The notes beneath the pieces are model-generated. The model did no database searches, was not told the origin of the DNA, and saw nothing but the letters and a program-made list of their open reading frames with translations. Below are positions 62,471 to 64,000 of a stretch of 64,000 bases of DNA, in pieces. A program made the position numbers and the translations under genes. The stretch covers positions 62,001-126,000 of the forward strand of contig CBFFRP010000285.1 of assembly GCA_965644295.1 (NCBI GenBank). Reading direction: 5' to 3'. The DNA comes from Paraphysomonas bandaiensis. Lineage: Eukaryota; Protista; Chrysophyceae. The stretch's first letter is position 1. Each line of letters begins with the position of its first letter.

Positions 62471-64000
62471 ATGCAAGGAGTTATGGATGACTCTGATATG
62501 CTGAATGTATTATCAGGATTATGTAATGATGAAGAGAATGGATGTCTATTATCCTCATTACAAGGTAGTTCTATTATCTTATAATCAGTCTATTGTCTTA
62601 TGTATGTATGTCTGTATGTAGACTATGATCAGAGTTATCAAGTTGGTGTATGTTGGCCTGCAGAGCAATTAGGATCATCGTCATTAGATCATACGAATTA
62701 TAATGACAATATGATACCTTCTGCAGAGAGCAGTGCACCGGTGGTACAGAGTGTTAGTGGTGGGAGTTGTTCACAAGTATCATTCAATGATACAACGGCA
62801 ACTGTTGCCACTAAAAAGCGAAAGTGTACCGGCACCCCGATGACTGAGTCGCAACTCATTGATGAGGCTACTGACGAAAACTTGCGTCAAATGAATATTG
62901 ATCCGGATAGCAAGGAGGGGAAGAAACAGAGACGCAGAATTCGAAACCGCATGTCTGCCCAGATGCATAGAGAACGCAAGAGAGCTTATATCGAGACTCT
63001 CGAGGGTGAAGTGCGTCAGAGAGATGCTATGATTTCTCAGCTTCATGGACAGCTACAACGAGTCCTCAAGGAAAATGAAATGCTGCGCTATCAAATGGGG
63101 CTTACTCTGTCGGCGGCGGAGAATGTACAGCCTCCTCGTGGAAATGTCGAGGAGCAAACAGGCGGAGTCGCACCAATATCAGCGGATGCCTCCGTCCTTG
63201 CAGCACAAGGCCTATGTGCGAACGTATTAGACCTTCCTTTGCCCGGGGTGAGAAGACTACGTGCTGGCACTGCTGTTACATCCAATGAGGGTAGTGGTAG
63301 TGACTCTGAGTGCAGTCTGCCGGACACGAGTGCCCTCTGGAGAAGTGAGGAATCTGAAAATGATGGGCGTGAGTCTAGTGACTCACCAATGGGCATGACA
63401 TCACCTTCTCCTACTCTCTCATCTTCCTCTGCGTCATCAAACCAGTCTAATACCTACTCTCGCAGTCCCACCTTCTCGTTATTCTCCTTGGTGCTGATGC
63501 TGGGTATGAGCTTCTTTTCAGGATCATTTTTCTCGACTCTACCCCCTTCTCCAATCCCCGCGCCCTTGTCCCTTCCTCCCTCGCCACTTTCTGCCACTTT
63601 ATCCGATGCTCCTGTGGGTGGTCGTGTACTTCTCTCTCTCGCGACGGGCCAGGATGACGAAGACAACGATACGGACGCCTGGAGCACTCTTTCAAGTGAA
63701 AGTCGTGTTTATTATCCCAGTAAGAACACCAAACGGATCCCGGTCACCAACGAGGCGCAGAGTAGTGCTCCTGTAGTGTGGAAACATCAGACGCATATCA
63801 CCAGCATCTACCCGTCCATTCAGGTAGCACCGAAGCTGCGTAATTCTACCACAATGTCTACCGAGTCTGGTAGGAGATATCTGCGTGTTGGAAATGAGAC
63901 GAGCTTAGAGTCTTCCTCTGTGCCCTCCGGCCATGACCGGAGCACAAAGGATTTAGCGCTTTACTACGACAATACTTGGCCCGCCCCAGCTGCAGCTACT
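62471..64000 (+). CDS. Membrane-tethered bZIP transcription factor (partial, runs off window)
   Basis: KKQRRRIRNRMSAQMHRERKRAYIETLE plus zipper; in-frame TM FSLFSLVLMLGMSFFSG (~63473); RVLL at 63623; one intron ~62565-62621. Confidence 0.85.

Overview
Gene-dense, AT-rich eukaryotic (protist-like, possibly stramenopile) genomic window with short (~45-70 nt) GT-AG introns and standard genetic code. It holds about 18 host genes: a PH/TM/ARM/Ig-like protein, a WW protein, MPP6, TAF10, a PSD-family decarboxylase, a TPR protein, SAP30BP, a YqaJ nuclease, a fascin+glycosyltransferase, MRS2, PP2C, a FAIM-like/DPF protein, an INPP5E-like phosphatase, a methyltransferase, a WW/coiled-coil protein, NAA50, SEC3 and a membrane-tethered bZIP. 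Long (TACA/TATG)n arrays sit at gene 5' ends and TE clusters lie downstream of genes. TEs: an intact, very young Ty1/copia element with TA...TA LTRs, related solo LTRs, an internally deleted MULE, a deleted hAT plus MITEs, and a 5'-truncated RT+RNase H non-LTR retrotransposon. Most notable: (1) the copia integrase tail and the MULE transposase tail share an apparently homologous ~60-aa domain, and both elements landed within ~10 bp of a solo LTR, suggesting a shared integration-targeting module; (2) the non-LTR element is flanked by a perfect 179-bp direct repeat that looks like a giant target-site duplication; (3) a possibly horizontally acquired PSD-like gene lies between two copies of a 1.4-kb TAF10 duplication. 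All calls are by eye; no searches were run.
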